Positions 9,490-19,555 of a stretch of 64,000 bases of DNA are shown here, piece by piece; the first letter of the stretch is position 1; every line of letters starts with the position of its first letter. Below the pieces are notes generated by a model. It did not search any database. It was not told the origin of the DNA and saw only the letters and a program-made list of their open reading frames with translations. This DNA comes from a candidate division WWE3 bacterium (GTDB lineage Bacteria; Patescibacteriota; WWE3; 2-01-FULL-39-13): contig CALRDH010000004.1 of NCBI GenBank assembly GCA_943354835.1, positions 10,851 to 74,850 of the forward strand. The letters run 5' to 3'. Made by a program: the position numbers and the translations under genes.

Positions 9490-10703
9490 AAAAATATTCC
9501 TTTTGCCTTTGAAATCCCAAGAATTAGTTGATCAATATCAGAAAAATCTGAATAAATTCCAAAACTTAAACGAGCAGTTGTTGTTACATCTTGTTTTTTA
9601 TGCCAAGGCATAACACAATGATGACCTGATCTTACAGCAACTCCGCATGTATCTAAAACAGAAGCTAAATCGTGTGATGGGATATTTTTGACATTAAATG
9701 CAATCAAGCTTGAATTGGGGGAGCCATAAATTATGATATCTTTATCCTCACGTAATTTATTCAAAGCGCAATCCATCAGAATTGTATCATGCTTAATTAT
9801 GTTTTCAATACCAATTTGGTTTATATAATCACATGCAAAGCCAAGGCCAACAGCACCAGAAACATTCGGAGTTCCGGCTTCAAGAAATTCAGGCATTTGA
9901 GCAAAAGTTGATTTTTCATAAGTGGCTTCATTAATCATTCCTCCACCAAACTTTACTGGTCTTAACTCTTTAAAAATATCTCTTTTTATCCACAAAACGC
10001 CGATTCCCATAGGGCCATACATTTTATGTCCACTAAATGCATAAAAATCTATACCAAAACTTTGGACATTAACCGGAAGATGCGAAACCGCTTGAGACCC
10101 ATCAACAAGAATCTTAGGCATCTGATTTTCGCCAACCGCTTTTTTAATATTTTTAGCAATATCTTTAACTTCGTTAACTCTTCCTATAACATTTGAAACT
10201 TGCGTAAATGCGACAAGCTTAACTTTTGACCAATCAACATTAGTGTTTTTAATATCTAAATCGCCATTATTATCTATTGGAATATATTTAATTTGAGATC
10301 CAGTCATACGGCAAACTTCTTGCCATGGCACAAAATTTGAATGATGCTCAATTTCGGAAACTAAAACGATATCATCTTTTTTTAAATTATGAACACCCCA
10401 AGAAAACGCAGCGATATTTATAGATTCAGTCGCCCCACTAGTAAAAACAATTTCAGAAGGAATCACAGCACCGATAAATTTTGATACTTTTAATCTTGCA
10501 GCTTCGTACATTTCGGAAGCTTCCTCACTTAATGTGTGAACGCCTCTATGAACATTTGCTCTATGATTTGTTTCAAAATCATACACAGCATCAAGAACAA
10601 ACTTCGAAACTTGAGAAGTTCCAGCACTATCTAAATATGCCAATCTTTTACCATGAATTTGTCTTTTTAAAATTGGGAAATCTGATCTGTAATCTTTAAT
10701 CAT
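9486..10703 (-). CDS. sufS: Cysteine desulfurase SufS
   Basis: PLP-lysine motif FSGHKMYGP and catalytic RSGHHC near the C-terminus. 405 aa. Confidence 0.9.
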   Translation of the reverse strand: MIKDYRSDFPILKRQIHGKRLAYLDSAGTSQVSKFVLDAVYDFETNHRANVHRGVHTLSEEASEMYEAARLKVSKFIGAVIPSEIVFTSGATESINIAAFSWGVHNLKKDDIVLVSEIEHHSNFVPWQEVCRMTGSQIKYIPIDNNGDLDIKNTNVDWSKVKLVAFTQVSNVIGRVNEVKDIAKNIKKAVGENQMPKILVDGSQAVSHLPVNVQSFGIDFYAFSGHKMYGPMGIGVLWIKRDIFKELRPVKFGGGMINEATYEKSTFAQMPEFLEAGTPNVSGAVGLGFACDYINQIGIENIIKHDTILMDCALNKLREDKDIIIYGSPNSSLIAFNVKNIPSHDLASVLDTCGVAVRSGHHCVMPWHKKQDVTTTARLSFGIYSDFSDIDQLILGISKAKGIFL

Positions 10704-11239
10704 AACTTTTGAACGATATCATTAATAAAACCAGAAACAAGCAAATCTTGTGAATCCTTATAAGAAAGAGACCGAGACATTAAATAGTACATTTGTTCGT
10801 CATCAATTGTAGAAATAGTAACTCCATGAGAAGCTTTTACATCATCAGCCTTAATCTCAAGTTGTGGGGATGAATTGACTTTGCAATCATCTCCAATCAT
10901 AAGATTATCATTTTTCAAGTAAGCATCTGAAAGTTGAGCAACCTTATCAATATTTATCATTCCTGAAAAATCCATATTGGAGGAATCCATAAAAACACCT
11001 TTAATATGAACTCTTGAATTAGTATTTGGCGCCAAATGAGAACTCGTAGTTTTTATCTTGTAAGAATCGGCGTCTTTTCCGATAATAATTCCATAAATAT
11101 TCACAGACGCACCTTCTTTTTCTAAAACGACTTCAAGATCAAGATTTCCGCCGTTATTACCTGTAACATAAACATCTTCGTGGTTTTTTACTATTATCTT
11201 CTCTTTTTTTGGATCTTTTCCAATTTCTATTTTTATCAT
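10700..11239 (-). CDS. sufD: Fe-S cluster assembly protein SufD (short form)
   Basis: C-terminal [22 protein letters not shown] SufBD signature. 179 aa. Confidence 0.7.
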   Translation of the reverse strand: MIKIEIGKDPKKEKIIVKNHEDVYVTGNNGGNLDLEVVLEKEGASVNIYGIIIGKDADSYKIKTTSSHLAPNTNSRVHIKGVFMDSSNMDFSGMINIDKVAQLSDAYLKNDNLMIGDDCKVNSSPQLEIKADDVKASHGVTISTIDDEQMYYLMSRSLSYKDSQDLLVSGFINDIVQKL

Positions 11240-12657
11240 CCAACTGATCCTTCCATTTCTAATTCTATTAATCTATTCAATTCCAAAGCATATTCCATCG
11301 GCAGCTCTTTTATAATTGGTTCAATAAAACCATTCACAATCAAAGCCGCGGCGGATGATTCAGACAGGCCTCTACTCATTAGATAAAAGAGCTGCTCTGC
11401 TCCTACTCTACTTACGCTTGCTTCATGACCAATCTTTACATGTTTATTATCTATCTTCATAAATGGGTAAGTATCGGTCCTTGATTCTGGATCAAGAAGT
11501 AATGCATCACATACAATATTTGATTTAACATTTGTCGCTTTTTTAACTACCTTTACTAAACCTCTGTAAGTTGCGCGACCTGATTTTTTTGAAATCGATT
11601 TTGAAATTATGTTTGAAGAAGTATTCGGCGCAAGGTGAACCATCTTAGCGCCTGTATCTTGATGCTGTCCAACACCTGCGAAAGCCAACGACAAAACCTC
11701 ACCTCTTGCGCCCTCCTCCATCAAATAAACAGAAGGATATTTCATTGTAACTTTTGAGCCAATATTTCCATCGACCCATTCCATAGTTGCATCTTTATAT
11801 GCGTATGCTCTTTTTGTTACAAGATTATAAACATTGCTATACCAATTTTGTATTGTTGTGTACCTAAACCGAGCATTCTTTTTTACTGCAATTTCAACAA
11901 CTGCCGAATGAAGCGAATTTGATGTATATACAGGAGCTGAACATCCTTCAACATAATGACCATATGAACCTTCGTCTGCAATTATTAAAGTCCTTTCAAA
12001 TTGGCCCATATTTGCAGCATTAATTCTGAAATATGCCTGTAAAGGTTTTGTAATTGAAACTCCTTTTGGAATGTATATAAAAGATCCACCTGACCAAACG
12101 GCACTATTTAAAGCAGCAAATTTATTATCAGCAGGTGTAATAATTTTCCCGAAATATTCCTCAAAGTACTCTGGATATTTTTTTAAAGCTTCATCAGTTC
12201 CTAAAAATATAACGCCTTTTTCAGACATTTCTTTTATTAAAGATCCATATACGACTTCAGAATCATATTGTGCTTTTACACCTGACAAAAATTCTCTTTC
12301 TGCTTGTGGAACGCCAAGTCTATCGAATGTGGTTTTGACATCATCTGGAACATCATTCCAAGAAATTTCCTGTTTATCAGATGGTTTAACATAGTAATGG
12401 ATTTCATCAAAGTTAATTCCAGAAAGATCGGCTCCCCAATTTGGCATTTCCATACTCAAAAAAAGTTCATATGATTTTAAGCGAAAATCCAACATCCATT
12501 TTGGCTCATCTTTCATTTTTGAAAGATTTCTAATGACATCTTCATTTAAACCTTTTTCAGATTTAAACGTACTTGAATCAGGCATATGAAAGCCTTCTTT
12601 ATATTCTGTTTTTGATTTTTTTAATTGTTTTTCTTGATTACTTAGGCTTTTAGGCAT
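11236..12657 (-). CDS. sufB: Fe-S cluster assembly protein SufB
   Basis: [24 protein letters not shown] signature. The start is placed at the internal Met (MPKSL...), not the track start at 12705, which would overlap sufC by 56 bp. Confidence 0.85.
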   Translation of the reverse strand: MPKSLSNQEKQLKKSKTEYKEGFHMPDSSTFKSEKGLNEDVIRNLSKMKDEPKWMLDFRLKSYELFLSMEMPNWGADLSGINFDEIHYYVKPSDKQEISWNDVPDDVKTTFDRLGVPQAEREFLSGVKAQYDSEVVYGSLIKEMSEKGVIFLGTDEALKKYPEYFEEYFGKIITPADNKFAALNSAVWSGGSFIYIPKGVSITKPLQAYFRINAANMGQFERTLIIADEGSYGHYVEGCSAPVYTSNSLHSAVVEIAVKKNARFRYTTIQNWYSNVYNLVTKRAYAYKDATMEWVDGNIGSKVTMKYPSVYLMEEGARGEVLSLAFAGVGQHQDTGAKMVHLAPNTSSNIISKSISKKSGRATYRGLVKVVKKATNVKSNIVCDALLLDPESRTDTYPFMKIDNKHVKIGHEASVSRVGAEQLFYLMSRGLSESSAAALIVNGFIEPIIKELPMEYALELNRLIELEMEGSVG

Positions 12658-13399
12658 CTTCGTATCCTTTTTGATCAAGGGCCTCTGCAAGTTCGTATCC
12701 ACCACTTTTTTGTATTACACCATCTTTTAATAAATGAACGTGCGTTGGCTTTAGGTATTCAAGAATTCTTTTATAGTGAGTTATAACTAAAATACCAATA
12801 TTAAATTCTTCAGAAAGTTTTTTTGCACCAATTGCCACAATTTTCAATGCGGAAACATCAAGTCCACTGTCTGTTTCATCTAAAATCGCATATTTAGGCT
12901 CAAGAATAGACATTTGCAATATTTCGGCTTTCTTTTTTTCTCCGCCACTAAAACCTTCATTTAAATTTCTATCTAAAAATGATTCATCCATTTTAAGAAT
13001 TTTCATTTTAGAAACCGCCATTTGCTTAAATTTATATGGAGAAAGTGGCCTAAAAGTTTCACCTATTCGTGCCTTCATTATCGTGTTGTAAGAAATTCGC
13101 AAAAATTCTAAGAATGGAACTCCAGGAATTTCTATTGGATACTGAAATGCTAAAAATAAACCAGCGATTGCTCTTTGATCAGGAGACATTTCCTTTATAT
13201 TAATGCCGTCAATCAAAATCTCACTCGAATCTTCAACAATAATATCTGGATGACCCATTAAAGATGCTGCAAGCGTTGATTTACCGCTACCATTTGGTCC
13301 CATAAGCGCATGAATTTCGCCTCTATTCATAGAAAGATTAACTCCTTTTAAGATTTCCTTTTCGTCTCTTCTAACTTTAAGATTTTTTATTTCTAACAC
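12650..13399 (-). CDS. sufC: Fe-S cluster assembly ATPase SufC
   Basis: Walker [22 protein letters not shown] signature and Walker [10 protein letters not shown]. Confidence 0.9.
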   Translation of the reverse strand: MLEIKNLKVRRDEKEILKGVNLSMNRGEIHALMGPNGSGKSTLAASLMGHPDIIVEDSSEILIDGINIKEMSPDQRAIAGLFLAFQYPIEIPGVPFLEFLRISYNTIMKARIGETFRPLSPYKFKQMAVSKMKILKMDESFLDRNLNEGFSGGEKKKAEILQMSILEPKYAILDETDSGLDVSALKIVAIGAKKLSEEFNIGILVITHYKRILEYLKPTHVHLLKDGVIQKSGGYELAEALDQKGYEDA

Positions 13400-13415
13400 G
13401 TAAATTCCCTTTCAA

Positions 13416-13685
13416 TTATTTTGAAATAACACACGATTTTCCATCATGAGGACACATTGCGTTCATAGAATAAATAACGCTTTTCCCAGAAACCTTTTTT
13501 TTAAGAAGACCAGAATCTAACATTTCTTTTAAATGATAACTAACAGTTGGTTGCCTTAACCCTAAAAATTTCGTCAATTCAGAAACGCTACATTCACCTT
13601 TAGCTTCTATATGCGAAAATAATTTGGACCTTGAATTTACTCCAAGGTTCTTAAAACATTTAGTACAGATCGTTTTCATACGCAT
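13416..13685 (-). CDS. ArsR/SmtB-family HTH transcriptional regulator (SufR-like) heading the suf operon
   Basis: wHTH CSVSELTKFLGLRQPTVSYHLKEM plus 4 Cys. Sits directly upstream of sufC. Confidence 0.6.
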   Translation of the reverse strand: MRMKTICTKCFKNLGVNSRSKLFSHIEAKGECSVSELTKFLGLRQPTVSYHLKEMLDSGLLKKKVSGKSVIYSMNAMCPHDGKSCVISK

Positions 13686-13712
13686 AGATGATAGTCTATA
13701 TTAGGTATTGTT

Positions 13713-14414
13713 TCAAGTATAACTTTTAAGCTTTTTATTCGTATAAATTTCTATAAAAGAGCTTAAATCATAGGATATTTTTGCATACGTAAACATTTTT
13801 GAAGAAACTAATATAACAGAACTAATAAACCCGTCAAAAGTAGAATCAAACAAGCCACCGACATTAATTACTTTAATATCTTTTGGAAAATCATATAAGC
13901 TCAAAGTTTTAGAAACTTCTTTAAGTAAAACTTCAAACGAAGAATTTAAATCAGTGTTTTTTGAAACAAAAAGATTCTGTACATACACACGATTTTTCTT
14001 TATAAATGCAACCTTTGCATAATCTCTTTCGAACCAAAAATATAGCGAATTTGCAGAAACTGACTTATATACGACATTTCTCCAAATTTCGTTATTGATA
14101 TAAAGTAAACCAATGCGTTCTTTTAACACAGCAATAACAAGCGGTTGAAAATTTCCAACAGCAATTATTGATATTTCAACACATTCATTTTTTTGTAAGT
14201 CAATTTTTGCAATGTTTATTAAATCTTCGATAATAAAAATAAACCGATCAGTTTCGAAAAAGTTTAATTTTTTGTTAATTTTGATTTGTTTAGTAGCAAG
14301 AATCTCTAGCGGCGTAGAGGATAAAGACATCTTATACCAGGAAACATAGCCTGGATTTATCTCTATCAGACCTTTATACATTGTGTTATTATCGGAAATG
14401 AGCAGACACAACAA
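13713..14414 (-). CDS. Hypothetical protein
   Basis: 233 aa, no confident motif. Confidence 0.3.
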   Translation of the reverse strand: MLCLLISDNNTMYKGLIEINPGYVSWYKMSLSSTPLEILATKQIKINKKLNFFETDRFIFIIEDLINIAKIDLQKNECVEISIIAVGNFQPLVIAVLKERIGLLYINNEIWRNVVYKSVSANSLYFWFERDYAKVAFIKKNRVYVQNLFVSKNTDLNSSFEVLLKEVSKTLSLYDFPKDIKVINVGGLFDSTFDGFISSVILVSSKMFTYAKISYDLSSFIEIYTNKKLKSYT

Positions 14415-14497
14415 CTATTTTGTTATTTTGCAGTGTCTATCTAAAATAGATTTTTATCTATTCTTAATAGATTTAGAATACATTAGGATTCGGGAAA

Positions 14498-14794
14498 ATG
14501 TCAACAACATCATTAGGGAAAAAAATTAAAGAAGCAAGACTTGAAGCAAACTTATCACAGCTGGAGTTAAGCCAAGCTCTTATCGTAAACGAAAAATCAG
14601 TCAGCTCATACGAAGCAGGAAGAACCAAGCCTTCAATTGAAACTTTAAATAAAATTGCAAAAAAAACTAATAAGTCTATCGCCTTTTTTACTGAAGATAA
14701 AAACGTTGAAATTGACCTTGATTTAAAGCTAAACAACATACAGGCAGAGCTGGAAAAGATAAAGCAACTTTTAAAAAAACGCCGTCAAAAGTAA
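14498..14794 (+). CDS. XRE-family (Cro/C1-type) HTH transcriptional regulator
   Basis: LSQLELSQALIVNEKSVSSYEAGRTKPSIETLNKIAK HTH_3 pattern followed by a C-terminal coiled coil. Confidence 0.7.
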   Translation: MSTTSLGKKIKEARLEANLSQLELSQALIVNEKSVSSYEAGRTKPSIETLNKIAKKTNKSIAFFTEDKNVEIDLDLKLNNIQAELEKIKQLLKKRRQK

Positions 14795-14825
14795 GTCGGT
14801 GGACACAAGATGCTAAAATATCCAC

Positions 14826-16127
14826 GTGATAAAAATAAATTATGAGTTTTACAAGCTCGCAAACGGCATAGAAGTCTTATTAATTCCAAACCTTGAAACA
14901 TATTCCGTAACTATTAAATCTTACATAAATGCTGGTTCAGCATTAGAAAATGACAACGAATACGGAATTACACACTTTATAGAGCATTTATTCTCGTCGA
15001 TAACAGAAAAATGGCCAACAAAGGAGCTACTCAACGAAACCATAGAATTTAATGGCGGAGAAGCAAATGCCTGGACTTCCAAAGAAAATCTTTCATATTA
15101 TATAAATGTTCCGTATACCAAAATTGAATTTGGTATGGATTATATTTCTCAAGTACTTTTTCACCCAAAATTCGACAACGATTCTATAGAAAAAGAAAAA
15201 ATAATAATATTAGATGAATTATCAAAGAACATGAACGATGTTTCATATAGGAATCATGTATACACAACAGATGTTATAACAGCAATGAATTCTGGCTATG
15301 TGCATGAAATTATAGGTAGTGAAGAATCAATAAAGTCATTTAATTATGAATTGATTTCCAAAAAAGCAAAAGAGCTTCATGATCCGTCAAAATTGCAAAT
15401 ATTAATTGTTGGAAATTTTGACGTTCAAAACACAAAAGCTTTAATTAATAAATATTTCGAAGGCATTGTTTCTCAAAACGCACCAATAGCTTTTCCTAAA
15501 GAAACTCTTAAAAAATCATTTATAAATTCAAAATTTGATGAAGAAACTCGTTTGATTATGAATGCTCTGATTTTTAACATTCCTGGCGATACGGAAATTT
15601 CAACAAAACAAGATTTATTATTTGATGTAATTGTCAAAATAATCGCAGGTCCGAATTCTAGTAGATTAAATAAAAGGCTACGCGAAAAAGAAAGCCTTTT
15701 ATATTACATCTCATGTTCAGATTTTTCATATAAGCCATTTGGAATGATTGGCGTTTTCTACGAAACGATTCCTGATCAATTCGAAAAAACATTTGGAATT
15801 GTTATTGAAGAACTCGAAAAGCTTTCAAGAGACGGCGTTCAAAAAGACGAACTTAATCATATTACCGAATATATAACCAACAGAAATTTAGTATATTACG
15901 ACAACATCCATTCCTATTCAAAATTAATTTCCTCAACACTTCTAAACGATAAAGAATTTTATGAACTCGAAGAAGTCAACAAAATAATCAAAGGTTTTAC
16001 AGTTGATGAAATAAACGAAAATATACGAAAATACATAAAACTTTCAGAAATGAGTTCCATTGCCTACGGAAAAATTGATAACAAGACAGAAGAAATGATG
16101 AAGAAAATAATAAAAAGCAAATGCTAA
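14826..16127 (+). CDS. M16-family (pitrilysin/insulinase-like) zinc peptidase
   Basis: Inverted zincin motif HFIEHLFSS (HxxEH). 433 aa. Confidence 0.8.
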   Translation: MIKINYEFYKLANGIEVLLIPNLETYSVTIKSYINAGSALENDNEYGITHFIEHLFSSITEKWPTKELLNETIEFNGGEANAWTSKENLSYYINVPYTKIEFGMDYISQVLFHPKFDNDSIEKEKIIILDELSKNMNDVSYRNHVYTTDVITAMNSGYVHEIIGSEESIKSFNYELISKKAKELHDPSKLQILIVGNFDVQNTKALINKYFEGIVSQNAPIAFPKETLKKSFINSKFDEETRLIMNALIFNIPGDTEISTKQDLLFDVIVKIIAGPNSSRLNKRLREKESLLYYISCSDFSYKPFGMIGVFYETIPDQFEKTFGIVIEELEKLSRDGVQKDELNHITEYITNRNLVYYDNIHSYSKLISSTLLNDKEFYELEEVNKIIKGFTVDEINENIRKYIKLSEMSSIAYGKIDNKTEEMMKKIIKSKC

Positions 16128-17191
16128 AAACAAAAATAATCTCCAATGCATACAAATTAATCGTCAAGCCAATCCTTTTTAGATTCGACCCAGAAACTGT
16201 CCATGATTTATTTTCGACTGTCGGAGAATTTTTGGGATCGTACAAGATCACAAGAGATTTTACTTCGCTACTTTTTGAATATAAAAATCCATCGTTAAAA
16301 AGAACAATTGATGGCATAGATTTTTCGAATCCAGTCGGACTTTCAGCAGGTTTTGATTATGATGGCCACTTAGCTGGAATTATGAAAAGTGTAGGTTATG
16401 GATTTAATACAGTTGGCACTGTTACTGCAAAAGAGTATGAAGGAAATACAAAACCTCGTCTTGCAAGACTTCCAAAATCAAAATCGCTTTTAGTAAATAA
16501 AGGCTTTAAATCACAAGGAGTTGATAAGGTTTTAAAACGATTAGATGCAATGAATTTAAACAACATAACTCTTGGATTAAGTGTCGGAAGTTCAAACGTG
16601 CCCGAAGTTAATACTATTCAAAAGGCAATCGATGATTATGTCTACACTTTCAATAAAGTAAAAAATAAAAATTACATAAAATATTTGGAATTAAACATAA
16701 GCTGTCCAAACACAGAAATGAAAGAAAGCTTTGCGGCTTCCAAAAACCTAGAGCTATTATTAACTGCCGTAGATAAATTAAAAATAACAAAACCAATTTA
16801 CATTAAAATGGCAAATGAATTGGCAATTTCAGAAATGGAAAAATTAGTTGAATTATCATTAAAGCACAAATGCATTCGTGGTTTTATATTTTCAAACCTT
16901 GTAAAAGATCGAAACAATAAAGCATTTGATAAAAATGAAATCAAAGGCGTAGAAAAGCTAAAAGGAAACTTTAGCGGTAAACCAACACAGAAAAATTCAA
17001 ACGATTTAATTTCACACATGTCAAAAAAATTCGGAAACAAAACAACAATAATTGGATGTGGAGGAATTTTTAACGCAAAAGACGCAAAAGAAAAACTAGA
17101 TAACGGTGCAAAACTCATTCAAATGATAACTGGAATGATATACGAAGGCCCACAGGTAATTGGGGAGATAAATAGGGGAATTGGAGAATAG
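16121..17191 (+). CDS. pyrD: Dihydroorotate dehydrogenase, class-2-type architecture
   Basis: N-terminal extension aligns with E. coli PyrD (KPILFRFDPETVHDLF vs ALFQLDPERAHEF). Core motifs: NPVGLSAGFDYDGH, KPRLARL, ELNISCPNT and GCGGIFNAKDAKEKLDNGAKLIQMITGMIYEGP. Confidence 0.85.
   Translation: MLKTKIISNAYKLIVKPILFRFDPETVHDLFSTVGEFLGSYKITRDFTSLLFEYKNPSLKRTIDGIDFSNPVGLSAGFDYDGHLAGIMKSVGYGFNTVGTVTAKEYEGNTKPRLARLPKSKSLLVNKGFKSQGVDKVLKRLDAMNLNNITLGLSVGSSNVPEVNTIQKAIDDYVYTFNKVKNKNYIKYLELNISCPNTEMKESFAASKNLELLLTAVDKLKITKPIYIKMANELAISEMEKLVELSLKHKCIRGFIFSNLVKDRNNKAFDKNEIKGVEKLKGNFSGKPTQKNSNDLISHMSKKFGNKTTIIGCGGIFNAKDAKEKLDNGAKLIQMITGMIYEGPQVIGEINRGIGE
17145..17184. repeat. Direct repeat copy 1 (pyrD 3-prime end, intact and in frame)
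   Basis: ATGATATACGAAGGCCCACAGGTAATTGGGGAGATAAATAG matches 18646-18685 with about 4 differences. Confidence 0.7.
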
Positions 17192-17274
17192 TGAAACATA
17201 CGAAAAATAAAAAGCTTGGGAGAAAATGCATCAAATTCTCACTTTTAGAAGATTTTTGATACAATTATTATCGC

Positions 17275-18558
17275 ATGAATAACATTCTTGTGACGTGTAA
17301 GTCTTACATTAGTATAATATCTAGATATCTTTTAATCCCCTGGGCGTTTCTTGGATACTTCGGTTATTTACTCGAAATACATTTTGAATTTTCAAACGAT
17401 CACTATTTTATAAACCTAGTAGACAACATGCTCCCTAGCAGCTCAATTTCCATTATTGCAAAAGCTACAGGTTTTATTATTATTTTGAGCTTAAGTATTT
17501 GGTACACAGATTATACTGTCAGAAAAACCCGAAAAAACTATAAAAATATTTTACTTAAAATTGCCACCATATTATTATACTTAGCTTTACCACTTATCTT
17601 ATTTATTACCAGCAATATTATTGTCGCAACGGCTACAGTTGCTTCTATTTTTAACCGAGATTCACGTTTATACATTGACAGAACAATTCATTTTGGGTGG
17701 CTTCCATATAACCCTAACCTATATGACGTAGTTCACTTGTTATTAACAACCTTTTATGTTGCCACGTCGGCACTAATATTTATACTTGTCTGTAAAAACC
17801 TATTTAATAGCTACAAAAGTAAATACGAAATTTTAATCATCAAAGTTTTGTCGGTAATAATAATACCCTTCTTACTAGGAATATTGTATTCGTTTGTATT
17901 TGGAAAAACTATTACACTCAAATACGTGTCAGTGCCAATGGCAATTACGCACTTTGATATAAAGAAAAGTTATTACATTGGCAATCTTATACAAGCACCA
18001 TATTGCGATATAAAAAGAAAAAATCAAACAATCAACGATATAGCTTTATACTCATCAATAAAAAGCGGTGACATTATCTCACCATCTAAACCCTTAATTT
18101 TCGTACTAAACAAAAACAAATCATCTAGCATTTTTGGTGGTATTAATGTGCAGACGATTAAGAGGCCAACAACTATTATTGCCCAAGATCAGTGGTTATC
18201 AGAAATACTATCAAGCAGACAAGCTGTCTGGTATGGAAATAACCATGATAAATTTTATAGTGTAGAGGCCGAAATGTATCAACCAATCTCGAGTCAGAAG
18301 TTAGACGATACCATATGGGAAGGAGATACTGGACACTCAAGACGGGAAGACTTCAATAACTATAAGGAGGAAATAGGAAATAGATTAGCTTACTCATCAG
18401 AAAGCTCCACGAAGGAAGCCCGCATAAAATATTTAGCAAGCATTCAAAATTTTATGCCGTGGGAAAAAGGAGATTACGAAATCCAAATATCGTATGAAGG
18501 CGGATCACTATTCATGCCGTGTTACTTCACAGAATCCATTGCTTTCAAGGTTCAATAA
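17275..18558 (+). CDS. Hypothetical polytopic membrane protein (about 6 N-terminal TM plus a soluble C-terminal domain)
   Basis: 427 aa ORF with a hydrophobic N-terminal half, lying between the two copies of the pyrD 3-prime repeat. Confidence 0.45.
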   Translation: MNNILVTCKSYISIISRYLLIPWAFLGYFGYLLEIHFEFSNDHYFINLVDNMLPSSSISIIAKATGFIIILSLSIWYTDYTVRKTRKNYKNILLKIATILLYLALPLILFITSNIIVATATVASIFNRDSRLYIDRTIHFGWLPYNPNLYDVVHLLLTTFYVATSALIFILVCKNLFNSYKSKYEILIIKVLSVIIIPFLLGILYSFVFGKTITLKYVSVPMAITHFDIKKSYYIGNLIQAPYCDIKRKNQTINDIALYSSIKSGDIISPSKPLIFVLNKNKSSSIFGGINVQTIKRPTTIIAQDQWLSEILSSRQAVWYGNNHDKFYSVEAEMYQPISSQKLDDTIWEGDTGHSRREDFNNYKEEIGNRLAYSSESSTKEARIKYLASIQNFMPWEKGDYEIQISYEGGSLFMPCYFTESIAFKVQ

Positions 18559-18645
18559 GGTCATAAACCTTTGGCTCCGCGGGTTGGGACCAAACCAACA
18601 ACCTTATTCTTAACAGAAGACTATATAAGTGCATGTGATAACGCA

Positions 18646-18685
18646 TGATGTACGAAGCCCGCAGGTCATTGGGGAGATAAATAGA
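18646..18685. repeat. Direct repeat copy 2 (decayed duplicate of the pyrD 3-prime end, 1-nt deletion)
   Basis: ATGATGTACGAAGCCCGCAGGTCATTGGGGAGATAAATAG. With one G restored it would encode MMYEGPQVIGEINRK... Confidence 0.7.
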
Positions 18686-18717
18686 AAAATAGCGAATACA
18701 AGGTAAAATGAATTTAT

Positions 18718-19467
18718 TTACATTCCTGTTTTAGGATCTGTAGAAGTTGTAAGTGATTTTATATGAAACCTGTCCAGTATTAGTTGATATTTCTTATCAT
18801 ATTTAGTTTTTTTAAACCAGTAAGACTTTCTTGCTTCCTGGTCGTTTAAATCAAGATCACCGAAAAACTTATCATAATAACCAAATAAAAAAGTTGCGAT
18901 AGAAGATGGTGTTAAATTTAATGATGCACATAAATATAACCCCCGAGTAAGATCACCAACTATACAACTGGAATAACTTCGCCCCTTTCCTCTATGATTT
19001 GCCCAAATCTCGATACCATGAAACCGAAAGTCATATATTCTGTTTTCTATATCTGTAAGTGTTTTGTCGTCAGAGATAAATAATTTACCATCAACCCCCA
19101 TCATTAAACCAGTTAAAAAATCGGTGTGATTTGAGTGTTTACCAACTGTGTTTTCAAAAAAATCTCCTGACAGACCCGTAGCCATAATATTTTCAAACTC
19201 CCACTCAGGATAAGGTTCAATACATAACTTTTGTTCTGCCGATCTAACTGCTTCAGTAATTCCTGGTTGATTAAGTTGATAACCTTGAAAAGCTACATCG
19301 CAATCATTTGGTTCCATATCTAAAGCAATATTTCTTAGAAATCCACCCAATATATGCGGATTATGAAACTTTGGATTAATTTCTGTAGCTAGTTTAAGAG
19401 TTTGCAGACGTGGAATAATCAACGGATGAGTATTTAACTTTTGCTCTAGTTTATGCTTGGTTAACAT
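18718..19467 (-). CDS. Pol-beta-superfamily nucleotidyltransferase domain protein
   Basis: GGFLRNIALDMEPNDCDVAF fits the GG-x-R-x(9-11)-D-x-D head motif of CCA/polyA-polymerase-like NTases. The start is placed at the internal ATG preceded by TATAAT-N8; the track start at 19521 is a TTG. Confidence 0.4.
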   Translation of the reverse strand: MLTKHKLEQKLNTHPLIIPRLQTLKLATEINPKFHNPHILGGFLRNIALDMEPNDCDVAFQGYQLNQPGITEAVRSAEQKLCIEPYPEWEFENIMATGLSGDFFENTVGKHSNHTDFLTGLMMGVDGKLFISDDKTLTDIENRIYDFRFHGIEIWANHRGKGRSYSSCIVGDLTRGLYLCASLNLTPSSIATFLFGYYDKFFGDLDLNDQEARKSYWFKKTKYDKKYQLILDRFHIKSLTTSTDPKTGM

Positions 19468-19555
19468 CCGTAAAATTATACAGCAGTTCGAATCCTGGCT
19501 GTGAATATCGTAAAAAGACAATTGACTTTCGGGTAGTGTTCGGTATATTTCAGTG

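Noticed and set aside
12650-12705. 56-bp sufB/sufC overlap implied by the ORF track
   Set aside because: Artefact of an upstream in-frame ATG. The internal Met at 12657 gives the usual 8-bp overlap.
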